From the NCBI GenBank assembly GCA_003427395.1, contig BFEA01000011.1, forward strand, positions 6,973,188 to 7,023,737: a stretch of 50,550 bases of DNA, read 5' to 3'. A program made the translations under genes and the position numbers. Below the pieces are notes generated by a model. The model had not been told where the DNA came from and ran no database searches. It saw only the letters and a list, made by a program, of their open reading frames with translations. Position 1 is the first letter of the stretch; the number at the start of each line of letters is the position of its first letter. Positions 1 to 12,169 of the stretch are shown one piece after another. This stretch comes from Chara braunii. Lineage: Eukaryota > Plantae > Charophyceae.

Positions 1-58
<58 letters not shown>
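1..58. repeat. (TC)n-(AC)n compound microsatellite
   Basis: Directly visible dinucleotide runs. Confidence 0.95.
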
Positions 59-133
59 TGCCTATCCCGCTATCACACTTCCTTTCCCTCTCTCTCTCAT
101 ACACGCACAAACGCAAGATGATTTGCGCCACAT

Positions 134-360
134 GGGGTAAAACGAAAATACAAATGGGTTGGGTAAAGTTGGCAAGTACGGGGACAGTTTGCAAACATGG
201 GCAGTACCCGGTAGGGATATTTTGCAAAGATGACAAGTCTAATAGACGTGGGGGGCATTTCACAAAGCATTTTTTGTGTCAGAGGGGTATTCCACTCTAC
301 CCATATCTTTTGGGGGCATTTTGGCATATATCTCAACTTATATGGGTATTTCACAAATGA
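134..360. mobile_element. Probable terminal inverted-repeat arm of a Mutator-like DNA transposon/MITE
   Basis: Recurrent GGG(C/T)ATTT(T/C)(G/A)CAAA-like subrepeats (gggacagtttgcaaa, gggatattttgcaaa, ggggcatttcacaaa, ggggcattttggcat, gggtatttcacaaat), as seen in MULE TIRs. Partner arm and TSD not found. Confidence 0.35.
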
Positions 361-999
361 TGCATTTGTAAAAAATGTTATAATATTTTTACTTAAAATA
401 ACACGACCTCATCTATGGATTATCAAAATTTCATATTTTTATGCGTGTTCCTCTGAGCGCAGAAAATCGTCAAAGTTGCCTCTTGCAAAACGCATGTTTC
501 GTTGCACCTGATCTCCCTGATTTGAGAAGACGGGCTTCAACGCCTTGGCCTGAGGGGCCTTTTGTAGTTCACATGCCCCCACTTCTTTTGGAGGTCCGCT
601 ACCAACCGTGGACCCGTCCAACGCCCCCCACTTCTTTTCGGGGTTCACTTCCACTCGAGGACTGGTCCTTTTTTTTTTCCAAAAGTCCTGATTCTACCGG
701 AGCTAGCTGTAGGTAGTCCACAATTTTGCCAAAGACCTGTCCCCCAAATTTTTTTGCCCCCTAAAAACTCACTTTGCGCCCCGGTCACCCACCGCCGGAA
801 ATGCGACACCTTGACATAGACGCCGAAGCGCACTATACCGCAGCCTTGGGGCTGCGAATACGGTTCCAACCAGTTGAAAATCGTGATGGAATCTCTCTTA
901 AGAAAATGGAGGCTCAGGACTACTGGACTAAAATGACCAACGGCACCAGTCAATCTAAAATAAAAACGCCGCGCTGACATTTTCGCAAAGCTTGACGCA

Positions 1000-1215
1000 C
1001 TGTCAAGCGAATCGGCCCATGAACACAAAGGCAACTCAGAGTCTCTCACGACCTCGTCACGCAAAAACAAAAACGTTCAGGGAGAAAAAAACGGGGCAAA
1101 GCAACAGGTTTTTGCTCCGTTTTTTTCCCTAAGATTTTTAGCTATTGTGAGATGCGACCATGAGGGTCTTCAAGTTACCTTCGCGCTGGAGGGATGATGC
1201 GCTCGACAATTGACA
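1000..1215. repeat. Long imperfect inverted repeat (fold-back)
   Basis: Inner stem agggagaaaaaaacggggcaaa / tttgctccgtttttttccct (1079-1130) extends outwards to tgtcaagcg (1001) / cgctcgaca (about 1200). Confidence 0.8.
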
Positions 1216-2829
1216 CCATTGTCGAGGACTTCGGCTACCTACCGAGGTCCTAGAGAACGGACTCGGGTAGAGATAAGTTGGAAGTCCAGGCAAAATAACA
1301 ACTTATGATTAACGAAAATTGGTAAATGAGGTGTGTGTCTATGGTATGTCATCTTTGTAACCATTACTTATACCTTTATTTTGAACATTCATATTAGAAC
1401 TGTATATATTAACTTCCGTTCTTCCAAAGTCATTGACATGATTATCATTTTGAGCTTACCGAGGTTTGAAAAACACGAGTGCATAATTATCGATCTTTTC
1501 CACCTTCAACAAACTTTTGTCCATGCTTTTGTAACCTTCCCTTGTAGAATTTTATACATTAATTTAAATATCAACAAATATCTCTAAATTGTAGGTATAA
1601 GAGGTATATTGTCGTTGCTCTTTATGACCATCTTTTATTTATCTCCACTTTCCTTCTGCAACAGGGGGGGCTCTTATTTTTTAATGTATTCAGACAATAA
1701 TAACATCGCAACGATTTTTAGTGCATTGAGATTAGGTCGTGGTTGACATATAGTTGCCCCCGTTCTCTCTTTTTGTTAGGTTGTTATGATGGTTGTCAAG
1801 GATCTTCTCAAACTCGTTTTTGTAGTTTCTATCGTGCATAATAAATAATACTACACTCGTTTAAACCACCACTACCTCCACCAGTGTTTTAAAAAATAGA
1901 AAAAATGATCGTTTTTCCACTTTTTTCGAAGTTTTCGGGGGTTGGACGAGACTTGGCAGTTGGACCTTGAAGGTCCTTTCGAAAAATAAAAATAAAAATA
2001 AAAGATCATCACGTTGGGGAAGGTCGTGCACCAAGTTGTGCTCACACAAAAATTCACACATTCGTATTTCACCGCTATCGAGATCCGTTCCACGTTTTCA
2101 TTGTTTTTGTTTCTTGTTTTTTTTTTTTTTTTTTTTTTGTCAGTGGTGCCTCGCCAGAGAGGCACGACGCAGTCCACGGGCTGCTGACACTTTGTAAAGG
2201 GGAACATGCTAACACTATTACTTTGCAAAATGTATGAACTTGCTTTCTCGCCCTAAGTTCAGTTTTAATTTTGTTTTGTTTTTTTCCTTCTTCCGTGCAT
2301 CTTGGCAGGCACCCTTGTTGTAATGCCCTCACTGAGGGCATACTCACATAATGACTTTTGGCTAAATATTTACTTGGTATCACGTATCGAGAGGTGTTTA
2401 TCATTTTTTCATTTATTTTTTTTGTGCTGCGAGCGAGTCATTTTTTGAAAGTATGACTGTGTTTTTTTCTTTTTTTTTAATGCGAGTATGAGAAAATAAA
2501 CAAAACGGAACCCAACCTCGGCAAAACTCAGTGCGCATTGAAAATCAGGGTCGACAAAAAGAAGCTCGGAGGTAATGGTGGTTTAACGATTAAACCTCGT
2601 TTTCAACATCATACACAACAAGGATTAGTACGATTTGCGGGTTTGGATACTGTAGAATACAAAGATAGAGCCTTGGGTGTTTCCTTCACTACCATAATGC
2701 CTTTTATTATCACTATCATTAGAAGGGGGGATCACAATGCTACAATCATCATTGAATCGTCTCTTAGAATAAACTATATTACTTTGGAACTCCTTATGTA
2801 TGATTGATAAGCAATAATGAGTTGTATTT

Positions 2830-3140
2830 TCGAGCACATCGGTCCCGCACGGGGACCCTCGCAATCGTCTAATGCATAATTGTGATATTCGGGATGCAAG
2901 ACATTTTTAGGGGCGATACCGCTCCGACTTAGTGCATCAGTCATACCTCTTAGGTGTTCTTACAATAAAAAAAGACCTCACGAGGCATAACCTACCTCCA
3001 CTTGCGGAAGTTGTCACCATGTCTTAGGTTGGCGTATCCCAACCAAGCTTATGATCCACATGCGAGAGCTTTTACGTGAGCTCGCATATGCAGATCTTGT
3101 TTCCTGTAGCATAGGGGGTACGGATGGTTAACGACCGAAT
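2830..3140 (-). repeat. A-box module, diverged copy
   Basis: cgagcacatcggtcccg... matches 4813 onward. The reverse complement contains gggatac...ggtgacaa...ggaggtaggt. Confidence 0.8.
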
Positions 3141-3368
3141 CAAACCCGTACGCGAATTGACATTTGAGGCGTTGATCTCTCAAACGCGACTAGGGCGACC
3201 ATTCTAACCACATGATGCTCTTTCTATAAAAAAAAATGGATTTGAATGCAACTCACGCTTAATCTTTGTTTTTCATTTATCCCATAACTGTTTTCGTATT
3301 GGACAGTCAAGCGTGGATCGCGATGCTTGGTATAAATAGCACGATGACATCCAAATTAATATTGTTAT

Positions 3369-3453
3369 CAGGGTTGCCGGCGTTCGGGACGGACCGAACG
3401 CCCGAAAGTACGGGACCCCTCGGAAGACGTTCGACCGTTCGGGCCGAACGCGG

Positions 3454-3522
<69 letters not shown>

Positions 3523-4168
3523 TTAAACAATTCCGAAAAACACATATGTTATGGAGAAAAATAGACTACACAACATTTGTCTGGGCACTACATTCAACTT
3601 TTTACCAAATTTGAATTAAAAATCAAATACAGAAAATAAACACTATGATAAAAATAAGAAGAAATAAAAAGAGAATGAAAATGAGTGAGTGTGCCAGGAC
3701 CTTTTCGACACTGCCATCTTTGCCGATTTTTAATTATTTTTTGGCATTGACAAATGCCCCGAAAATTTACAGATATGTAGCTTACATAATCAATAACTTA
3801 TTAAAAGTTTTTAAAAAAATAATATTTTTCTTTAGGTCCCGAAATAAATTGAAAACAAAAAGTTAAAAGTGGAAAAAAACAAAATAGTGAGTGGGCGAGC
3901 ACGTTTTGACACCCCGATCTTTGACGATTTTTAATTTTTTTTGGCTTAGCAGAATGACTTCAAAATATGTAGGCGTGTAGGTTACATCATAGAGAACTCA
4001 AAAAAAAAAATTCAGAAAAAAACTTATTTTTAGGCCCCGAACTGTTTTTTTGGTGGGGCCCCCGAACGAGACCCCGAACCCCCGAACGGGACCCCGAACC
4101 CCCGAACGGGACCCCGAACGTTCGGGGGCTAGCCCGGGGGCCCCTGAACGTTCGGTCAGGTAACCCTG
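3369..4168. mobile_element. Non-autonomous hAT-family DNA transposon (800 bp)
   Basis: TIRs cagggttgcc / ggtaaccctg, perfect 8-bp TSD ATTGTTAT (3361-3368 and 4169-4176), and CCGAAC subterminal repeats at both ends. Confidence 0.93.
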
Positions 4169-4811
4169 ATTGTTATAACAATTGCAATAACATGAATGCT
4201 TAATACGGCGAGGTACCATGTGGTACCCATGACCATGCAACCCTCAATGATTTTGAGGGTCGCATTTGACACTCAAGTGTCGATTGACATGCACGCTGAG
4301 AGGTTAACCTCTTAGCACCAAATAATCACTGAGGTGATTGCGTGCCCTACCCTCTTTTCTACCCTTTTTGCGAAAGTTGAGCAGGGTGGCTCTTACAATA
4401 AGAGACTTCGAGGTATTGGCGACACCCTTTTGATTCTCTTATTGAGTACATCGATATCCCACAAAACAATTTAAACTCAATTGTCTCACGTGCGGTGACG
4501 TGCAACTATTTGCAGACTTCGGCCTAAGCTAACGAACTCATGCGCTTTCTTATAGTAGGCACACGCAAAAATAAATAAATAGTTGAATCATTCAAACAAA
4601 GGAGTTGTGTGGCATCGAATTATCAGTATCACAATCATTTATGCAGTTTGTCCGTCAACATTCTCACGAACACAAGTAATCATCTCGATGTCCGTGCGAA
4701 TACCTTTACAAGGGTATTCGTCGTTGTTTTTACAAGTAATAAAGATAAAAATTTGAATTGCAGTTTTGAAGTTTGAATGAGTGCAGTTCGATTTCTTACG
4801 GTCAATGCATA

Positions 4812-5440
4812 TCGAGCACATCGGTCCCGTAGGGGAGACCTTCCTGGTCGTGCCACGTAGGATTTTGTAGGACTTCTTGCAAAACGTTGCGGCTCCGGCC
4901 GAGTGTGCTAACCGTACCTTTCACGAACCCCTACGACAACATAGGGTAACGCGAAGCACAACTTACCTCTACCCGTGAGAGTTGTCACCTCCCTAGGTAA
5001 GTGTATCCTTGTCGAGCTACCGAACCACATGCGAAAGCTTCTCAAGTACAATCGTCGATGTGGCCCAACCGAGGGCATTTTTTGTTCGCTATAGCATACG
5101 GAGTACGTGTGGTTCGCGAGCGGGTTCGATTAAGGTGTAGACCGCGCATACCCAATATGCTACAGCGAACGAGAAACGCCCTTGACTGGGTCACCTCTGC
5201 GATTGCACTTGATAAGCTTTCGCACGTGGTTCAGTACCTCGGCGGCTATATGCCTATTTAGGGAGATGACAACTTGTGCGAGTAGAGGTAAGTTGTGCGT
5301 CGCATTACCCGATCTTGTCATAGGGGTTCATGAGAGGTACAATTGACTCACTCGATCAGAGCGATAATGCTTTGCGAAGAGTTCTATAATATCCTTCATG
5401 GTGTGGCCGAAGAGTTCCCTCTGCGATACCAATGTGCTCC
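4812..5440. repeat. Head-to-head pair of A-box modules forming a ~630-bp imperfect palindrome
   Basis: ttcgctatagcatacggagtacgtgtggt (left) versus accgcgcatacccaatatgctacagcgaa (right). Arms align out to gagcacatcggt / accaatgtgctc; centre about 5127. Confidence 0.9.
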
Positions 5441-6689
5441 GCAATGACTCGATTTAATAACTTTCATGCATACATGCTATCACAATTTCAACAATAACAT
5501 GTTACGCATTAGCGTGATCACCTTTACCATTCTTTGCGAGTCTCACCCGTCCTTACACATACAAGCCCCAACCATTTCCCACCTTCTTACAAAAAGGTAC
5601 TATGTCCTTTAGAGTGACAATTTAAAATAAACGTGGGTAAAAATCCGAAGAAATTTATCAAACCTACGAGTCTAAGTCTTTAGGTTGAGATGCAAAAGTA
5701 AGTAAACTTGAGTCGTGACCTGACATGTTATTAACTTGAAATCATAACAAAAGGTAAGTGATCCTCGATAGATCGGACCAAAGTAGTCGAACCTTGAGTT
5801 GAGTGCATACCTAAATCACAATACATGTAAAAAATCATTACTATACTTAAAATAATTAGAGAATGCACTTTATACTGTAGCCTAACTCCTACACTAACCT
5901 CCTTCTTACCTCTTTCTAATTGGTACTAGACATGGCTAAACATTCCGACAATATGTCCCCTATACAAGATAGATTGTCAGAATTTTCACAAAAAAAAAAT
6001 TAACTAACTCCTCAAATTTATAAAATTTTCAACAACATTTTCTCTATAAAACGGTGTTACCAAAATTTTTATGCCGTTAAATATCAAATTCAAAATATGT
6101 TTTATCCTAAAAAGATAAATTTTGTACAACTCTCTGAATTAAAAAAAAAATAATCAGCGTTTCCCTTAAAAAAGTGGGTTCCTAATATTTTGACTAAGTC
6201 AGATTCAGAGACAGAGTGCAGCCTGACTGTGCAAAGGCAAAATCTGACTAATTTTCTTAATTAGTACAAAATTTGGCAGCGTTTCCTTTATAAAAGGTAA
6301 CTCCCAAGATTTTCAATAAGTCAAATATAAAAGTAAAATACAACTAGACTGGCATTGACTTCTCTCACTTAACTCAGTTGTCAGATCTAGATGTAGCATT
6401 TTCATGATACTTATTTTGAGATGGTATCATTAGGTAACTCTAACTCCGATTTTTAGTAAGGTCATTTTATTTTATCGCAAATTCTCCTTTCAACCACGAC
6501 CACTATGTCTATCGCTTCAATACTTGGTGAGCATCTAAGCGACTAACTATTAAAAGAAGCCCCCAAAGACATACTCAGAGAGCACACAGGTAAGTATACT
6601 AAATTTTCTCATGAACTGTCAAGTTTTCATCATAATACTTAGTTTGTTCGATTCTCAGCTTGTTAAATATTTAACTTTGTCTCACATTT

Positions 6690-7290
6690 TGGTATAGGAT
6701 GAAACCGCTCCAACTTAGGGGTATGTCCAACTTACTTAAGCAATAGTATAAGATATATGACTAGGTCATCCTTACTAAGGGGTATGTATAGCCTATCTAG
6801 ACAATAAATATAAAGCATAAAACTGGATCGCGCCAACTTAGGGTACGTTCAACCTCTGCTTATATATCCTCCATAAGACGTATGGCTAGACCGCCCTGAG
6901 TTAGGGGTACGTCTAGTATCTGCCTGGGTAATGACATGAAGCATATGACTATAACACTCAACCTTAGGGGTACATCTAGCCTCCTCAACAATTACATATG
7001 ATGGCATAGGACTAGGCCACCACAAAGCGTCGTCAGCCTAAACAACAACATATGACGTATGACTTAACTGAACAACTTAGGGATATGCTCAGCCTCCATC
7101 ACATAACAATATTCAACATGTAATTTCACAATTATTTTATCTCTTTCAAAAAACGATCAAACCGTCTAACTTAGGGAGGTAACCAATCCTGCTTTAGTCA
7201 TACTTAATAAATAATTTTATATTAACTCTTTGCTTTTTTATGTTATCACGACTATAAGACTGAACTGCCCCAACTTAGGAGTATATTCAG
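6690..7290 (+). repeat. Degenerate ~62-bp tandem repeat with core AACTTAGGGGTA
   Basis: Cores at about 6712, 6773, 6835, 6898, 6961, 7074, with outliers at 7168, 7272 and 7754. Confidence 0.85.
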
Positions 7291-8869
7291 TCTTGAGTTA
7301 CCTTAAGTATTATATTGAATTCACCATGTTTTTTTTTTTTTTTCGCCTAGCTCTGCTGAAATTTGTTGTGTGTCAAATTTGGTATCATTTGGAGCATTGT
7401 ATTTTTTTTTGCAGAGATTTATAAAATTTCTCAAAATTTATGAAATTGAAATGTTCGCAAAATTTTATGAAAGTGCACTTTTGCCTTGCTATTTTTTTTA
7501 ATTATTTTTTTATAATTAGTTAATATGGTCTTCACTCTATGAATTGGTATCAATTTTAGTTAAAATGATCTGGGTTTTATTATAAATGATAGGAGAAGTT
7601 GTGTTAAATTTTGGGTTTCCGTTAACCACCTCTCGGTACGCCTAACCTTTGCCTGTTTTCCCCTCACAATAAACCAAAGAACTAGATTCACGCAACTTAA
7701 AGTAAGTCCGAATTTTTTAATTAGACAAAGAAAACAGGGAATCTGGACCACCCAACTTAGAGTTAGGTTCGTCCTCAATAAAAAAAAAAATAAGCGGTTG
7801 GATCGTCAAACTCGGGATAGGCCTAACCTCTTACAACCAACCAAACAACTCAACAAGTCAAAAAGAAACATAACAGTGTATCACTTAGCTTATAAATTAC
7901 GCCCAGTCTGTGGTTGCCTCGGTCAGAAGCAAGCAAAAACATTTCGTTTCCGTTTTTTTCACCTTTCCTCCATTCGTTTTCTCTGCTTTCAGTCAGGCAT
8001 TTGAACTTTCATGCATATATTAACTCGTCTAAAAACTCAATAATAGTAATAAGTAGCTTGGTCATACTTCAGAAAACAAAAAGTTAATACAAATAGGGGA
8101 ATACATGATCACACTCGCAAGATGTTCGTATACTTCCCTACCTCCAGAGCTTCCTCCGACCTCTGTAAGAGCTACCGTAATCGGTGGGTCAACTCCTCAT
8201 TAGGCCTTGATGCGACGTGTAAGTTGTAATCCCCCATGTCGCCTTCCTCTCATGTGCCAGATATTAAGCTTGGAGTAAGAGGGATAAGGGTAGTAAAATA
8301 ATTCTCTCAAAATACATGAAGGGTTCTTTCATACTAGCGTTTCAGATCTTGAGGGTCACACAATAGTGGTCACGTAGATCATCCAATAACGGCAATACTA
8401 ACGATGACTGTAGCTACACAAACCAGCAGCAGTCCATCGATGCGGAACACAACAACAAGAATCACTGGAAGTCGGAGTTGAAACTCTTACAAGGGTATCT
8501 ACTTGGTATTCTGAATATCCGATGTTATCTAACATTTGTGGAAATTTTTGACTTGATGAGACTGACTCGTTTGCTGGAAGTTATTCAGACTTAATACATG
8601 ACTGAAAGACAATTTTTTCTTAAACTTCAATTTGGATGTGTGCCGACATCCGGGTTAAATATTGTAGCTGGTTGTATTCCCCTTTCAACTAGGTCTTAAA
8701 AGGCATGTAGGTGTGGGAATACCAAAACTAAACCTATCATACATAAAATAATGGTGGACGACTGCTAAGTCGCGCGATTCAGAGCCTAACTAGGTTGAAA
8801 AGAATGACCCCGTAGAGTATGGGGTTGTGGCGTGGGAGAACTGGGGAACTTTATTATTTATTTTCCTAA

Positions 8870-9990
8870 GTTAACCAACCACGTGGTTTGATTGTACACT
8901 GAGAGCTGGAGGGGTTGGTGCTATGGCCCACGGGGAGGATCGGCAGACATGGACGAGCGGTCCGCCAAGAAATGGTTTGAGAGTATTATGGGAGGACGTG
9001 GTGCAATTGGGATTATGTTGAGACAGTACGGGACGCTGGAAGCACGTTGGGCTCATTTGTGAAAACACCCTCCTAGAGGGTTATCTCATTTGAGTCTTTT
9101 CAGTGAACCGACTTTGGCTTATTTGGGGCACCTTGGAAAGAATGTGGACCGCCTTTTTAGTGAAAAAACCACAACTTGTGAAGTTGTATGGCGGTTATTT
9201 TCTTCGATTGAAATATTGCTTTTGTTTTCTTGAGTGAGTCAGACCAAAACTCCACTCAAGGTCAGTTTTGCCTCAGTCTCCCCTCACACCTATGTGAATC
9301 CACACTATGCGTGATCCTGCTTTGAGTGTTCAGAGAAAAGGTAGAGTAAGTGTGTGAGTGTCATGCATGTGAAAAAGGTGGGCTGACTTGGATGGGGTGT
9401 GGATGAATTCTATTCGATTTTATTTTGTTTGCTGTGTAGATAGGTAGAGGATGCATGCAAAGGGAAAATTTTATTGCATCTACTCAAAAGTAAAAAAAAA
9501 AAAAAAAAATCAACCTCTTTGATTCTTTGTTTAGATGTCGAAAAAATTTGTGTTTTGATATGGGGAAGTTCAACGGGTGTCAAGGAAAAAAACCTTAAAT
9601 AAAGAAGAAAAAAAACCAATTGCGTTTTGCATTTTCCCAAGGGACTTTCCACTCTATCCCGAAAGACTCACTCGCCTTTGCCCCGTCCAAAAGAGTCTCA
9701 ACCTCAACGCTTTTCTATCTTTTCTCTTTGTCTACGTAAACTTTCTATAAGGAGAGTAAGGGGCGAACGATCCGAATCGGGTTTGGGGACTCCTTCTTCC
9801 CAAAAAACATTTGGGGCAGGGGTTCGTTGCTTTAGGAGTCGGCCTTGTTATTGACTTAGAGTGAAGCATACTACGGGGGGATATTTGTCGAATTCTGGTG
9901 GTCTAAGATCGGAGTTGTGTACTCTAGCGAGGATAAGGGATATCCCGGACCACTTTCTAGAAAGTAGGATGTTTTCTCGACCGGGGATAA
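8870..9990 (+). mobile_element. Partial copy of dispersed repeat family E
   Basis: Shares gtggtgcaattggga, gagggttatc(t/c)catttgagt, cacacc(t/c)(a/g)tgtgaa and gttcgttgctttagg blocks with the copy at 26.6-30.8 kb (-); the gttcgttgctttagg block is also in the 35.4-39.1 kb (+) copy. Confidence 0.8.
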
Positions 9991-10474
9991 ACATTGTTTT
10001 TTCATACTCACGAACAGGAAGGGAACTGATTTACTACATTTTTTTTGTGGCCGCATTAAGAGTCACCACCGTATGGAGAATTGACGTCAAAAGAAGTATA
10101 GTTAATGTACTTATTAGCTTCAAATGGAATGCAAGTCGGCACTATGTTCGCAGAGGGTCGTGTCGTAACAAGTTTAAGCCAGTGGAAAAGGGAAATTTAG
10201 GGCGACTTGACAACATGGAAATATGCCAACCTGAACAAAGGTCAACGACGATTTAGCTAAGGATAGTCGTTGACCCCTTTGATTAGCAATATGTCGGGTC
10301 CATGACTTAATATACGGTTATTTTTTAAATGAATTATTCCCGATGCCTGAAGTATTTTCAATTATTGTTTTTTTTCTAAGCAATAAGGCTGCAACGAGCT
10401 ATGTTGTCAGTGCGAATGCCCTTACAAGGGTATCTGCCATGGTTTTTGCAAGTGACAAGAAATAAGGTACGTAG

Positions 10475-10796
10475 CACCATGTTTGCATTCGGAGGCGAAC
10501 GCGAACATGTTTGCCCGAATGCGAACAAGCATTTAAAACCCTCGAACGTGAACATAAAAAAAAAAAAAAAACAATCTCAGAAACATCTGAAAAAACTATA
10601 TGTTATGTAAAATAACAATACAAGCAACTTTTGTCGTAGAGTCATGTTCAAATTCGTAGCCAATCATGAGTTAAAAATAGAAAAACCAAAACAATTTTTT
10701 GTTTTTTTTGTTTTTACGAAAAACAAGTTATGTTTGCCCGAACATATTCACGAGTTGTTCGCACGAACACAAAGGGGCGCGAACACATTCACCGTG
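10475..10796. mobile_element. Older hAT-like MITE with CGAAC subterminal repeats
   Basis: Clusters of gcgaac/gttcg motifs at both ends, an AT-rich middle and imperfect TIRs caccatgtttgcattcg / cgaacacattcaccgtg. TSD not convincing. Confidence 0.55.
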
Positions 10797-10974
10797 CCAC
10801 GCAAGAAAAAAGTTTAGAAATTTGAGCGCATTAAGTGAGTCACAATGATTTTTTTCTTTTACAATGAGTGAATGTTTGAACTGAAAGGAGAGAGTGTGTG
10901 GGCTCGCAGTTTTGAGGGGGGGGTGATGTTCCTTATTGATGTTATAGAGCCTTTGCATCCGCCAACCAACTTTT

Positions 10975-12142
10975 TACTTTGATTAAACTAGGACTAAGTG
11001 ATCATTTCCACTGATATGACTGTGGTACACGTGCACTCACGTGGAGAGCGACTTCTGTAACAGTGCAACTTTGTATGGTGGACTGAGTGAACGGTGGAGT
11101 AAGAACACGGATCGGCCCCCCACACTGTAGATATGGGATCTTGGCGGGCGTGGGTTTGATCAATAGGCGAAGGAAATGACCATGGTATGTTTCGGTAAGC
11201 GCACTCGTCAAAGGATGTCTTTTTATATAGATTCGCAACAGTAAATTTGGTAGGAAGGCCAGGTTGTGGCCTTTAAATGTTTTCGCAGGCGCAAGCATAG
11301 ACACTTATTTCTATAGACTTTTGTGACTATTGATCTCAACCTTGAGCCTAATACTATTGGTTACGGTGTTAGACTTTCATGCGACAGGTTCGGGGATCGA
11401 AATGAGCGGGCGATAGTGAAGGGGCGATGGAGCGTTTGAAGAAAACCGAGGGGTTGAGGCACCGGCGGGGTTGTCCCGACAACAAACCTGTTTGGCAGAG
11501 GAGAGGGGGTCCGCGATGGTCCCTTCCCACCTGGTCTCCTCACCTTTCGCTATATTTATTTATATTTTAGTTTTTTACTTTTTTATTTATTTTTATCCTT
11601 TGGTCCCGTTTCTATTTTTTTGGACGGGGTACCGATACCGAGACCGGTGTCGGAATAGTTCATTTGGCAGGCATATGAATTGTTGAAATATAGATATAAG
11701 TTCGACCTTTATTGGGTCAGGCGGGTGAGAATGGGTGTTTTTACGCAAAGGAAATACCACTACTTTTAACGTTAGTTGATTTATTTCATGAGGTAGAGCC
11801 GGGGTTTTGCCCTTGCTTTTCGAGCCAAGGCGCATACCCTCGTGGCCTGTCCAATCCAAGCCAAAACCAGCGTCAAGTGGGAAATTTGGTTGGGATTGCA
11901 CGACTGTGGGTGAACTGCCTACCACCCACAATCTGTTGTGAGAGGTTTAAGTGTGAGCATGCCCTTTACGACCCTAAAAATTGTGAACTAGGCCTGAACA
12001 GAGCGGGTCAGGGGCGCTGTGGCGGAGGCCTACGACAATATGTGCAAAAATTGTCCGTCGGATTTGAGTATAGGGGCGCAAGACTAGTTGAACCGCCCTG
12101 TAGCCGGTCCCCCTCGAAGTTTCCCTCAGGATAGTTGGAGCT
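10975..12142 (+). pseudogene. Compressed rDNA-derived segment (18S-5.8S-25S/28S snippets in order), copy 1
   Basis: 18S-like: gattaa..gactgtg (10981-11024), caacttt..atggtgg (11066), aaggatgt (11211), caggttgtggcctttaaatgtt (11260), aaacct..agagga (11484). 5.8S-like: tgaattg (11676). LSU start: cgacc..ggtcaggcggg (11703), followed by a strong LSU block. Confidence 0.65.
11925..12142 (+). rRNA. Degenerate 25S/28S rRNA fragment (5' part, domain II region), non-functional
   Basis: gtgtgagcatgcc..gacc.taaa..tgtgaacta.gcctga ... gtataggggcgcaagacta..gaacc...gtagc.ggt.ccc..cgaagtttccctcaggatagttggagct matches the conserved eukaryotic LSU sequence GTATAGGGGCGAAAGACTAATCGAACC...CGAAGTTTCCCTCAGGATAGCTGGAGCT. 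Confidence 0.92.
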
Positions 12143-12169
12143 ATCGAGGAGACGAGTTGCGCCAACGCT

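Noticed and set aside
6690-7290. CRISPR-like repeat/spacer array
   Set aside because: The apparent spacers resemble each other, the core is only ~12 bp, there are no cas genes and the context is eukaryotic. It is a degenerate tandem repeat.
11925-12142. Functional rRNA gene
   Set aside because: Fragmentary, with many substitutions and indels in universally conserved positions; recorded as an rRNA-derived remnant only.
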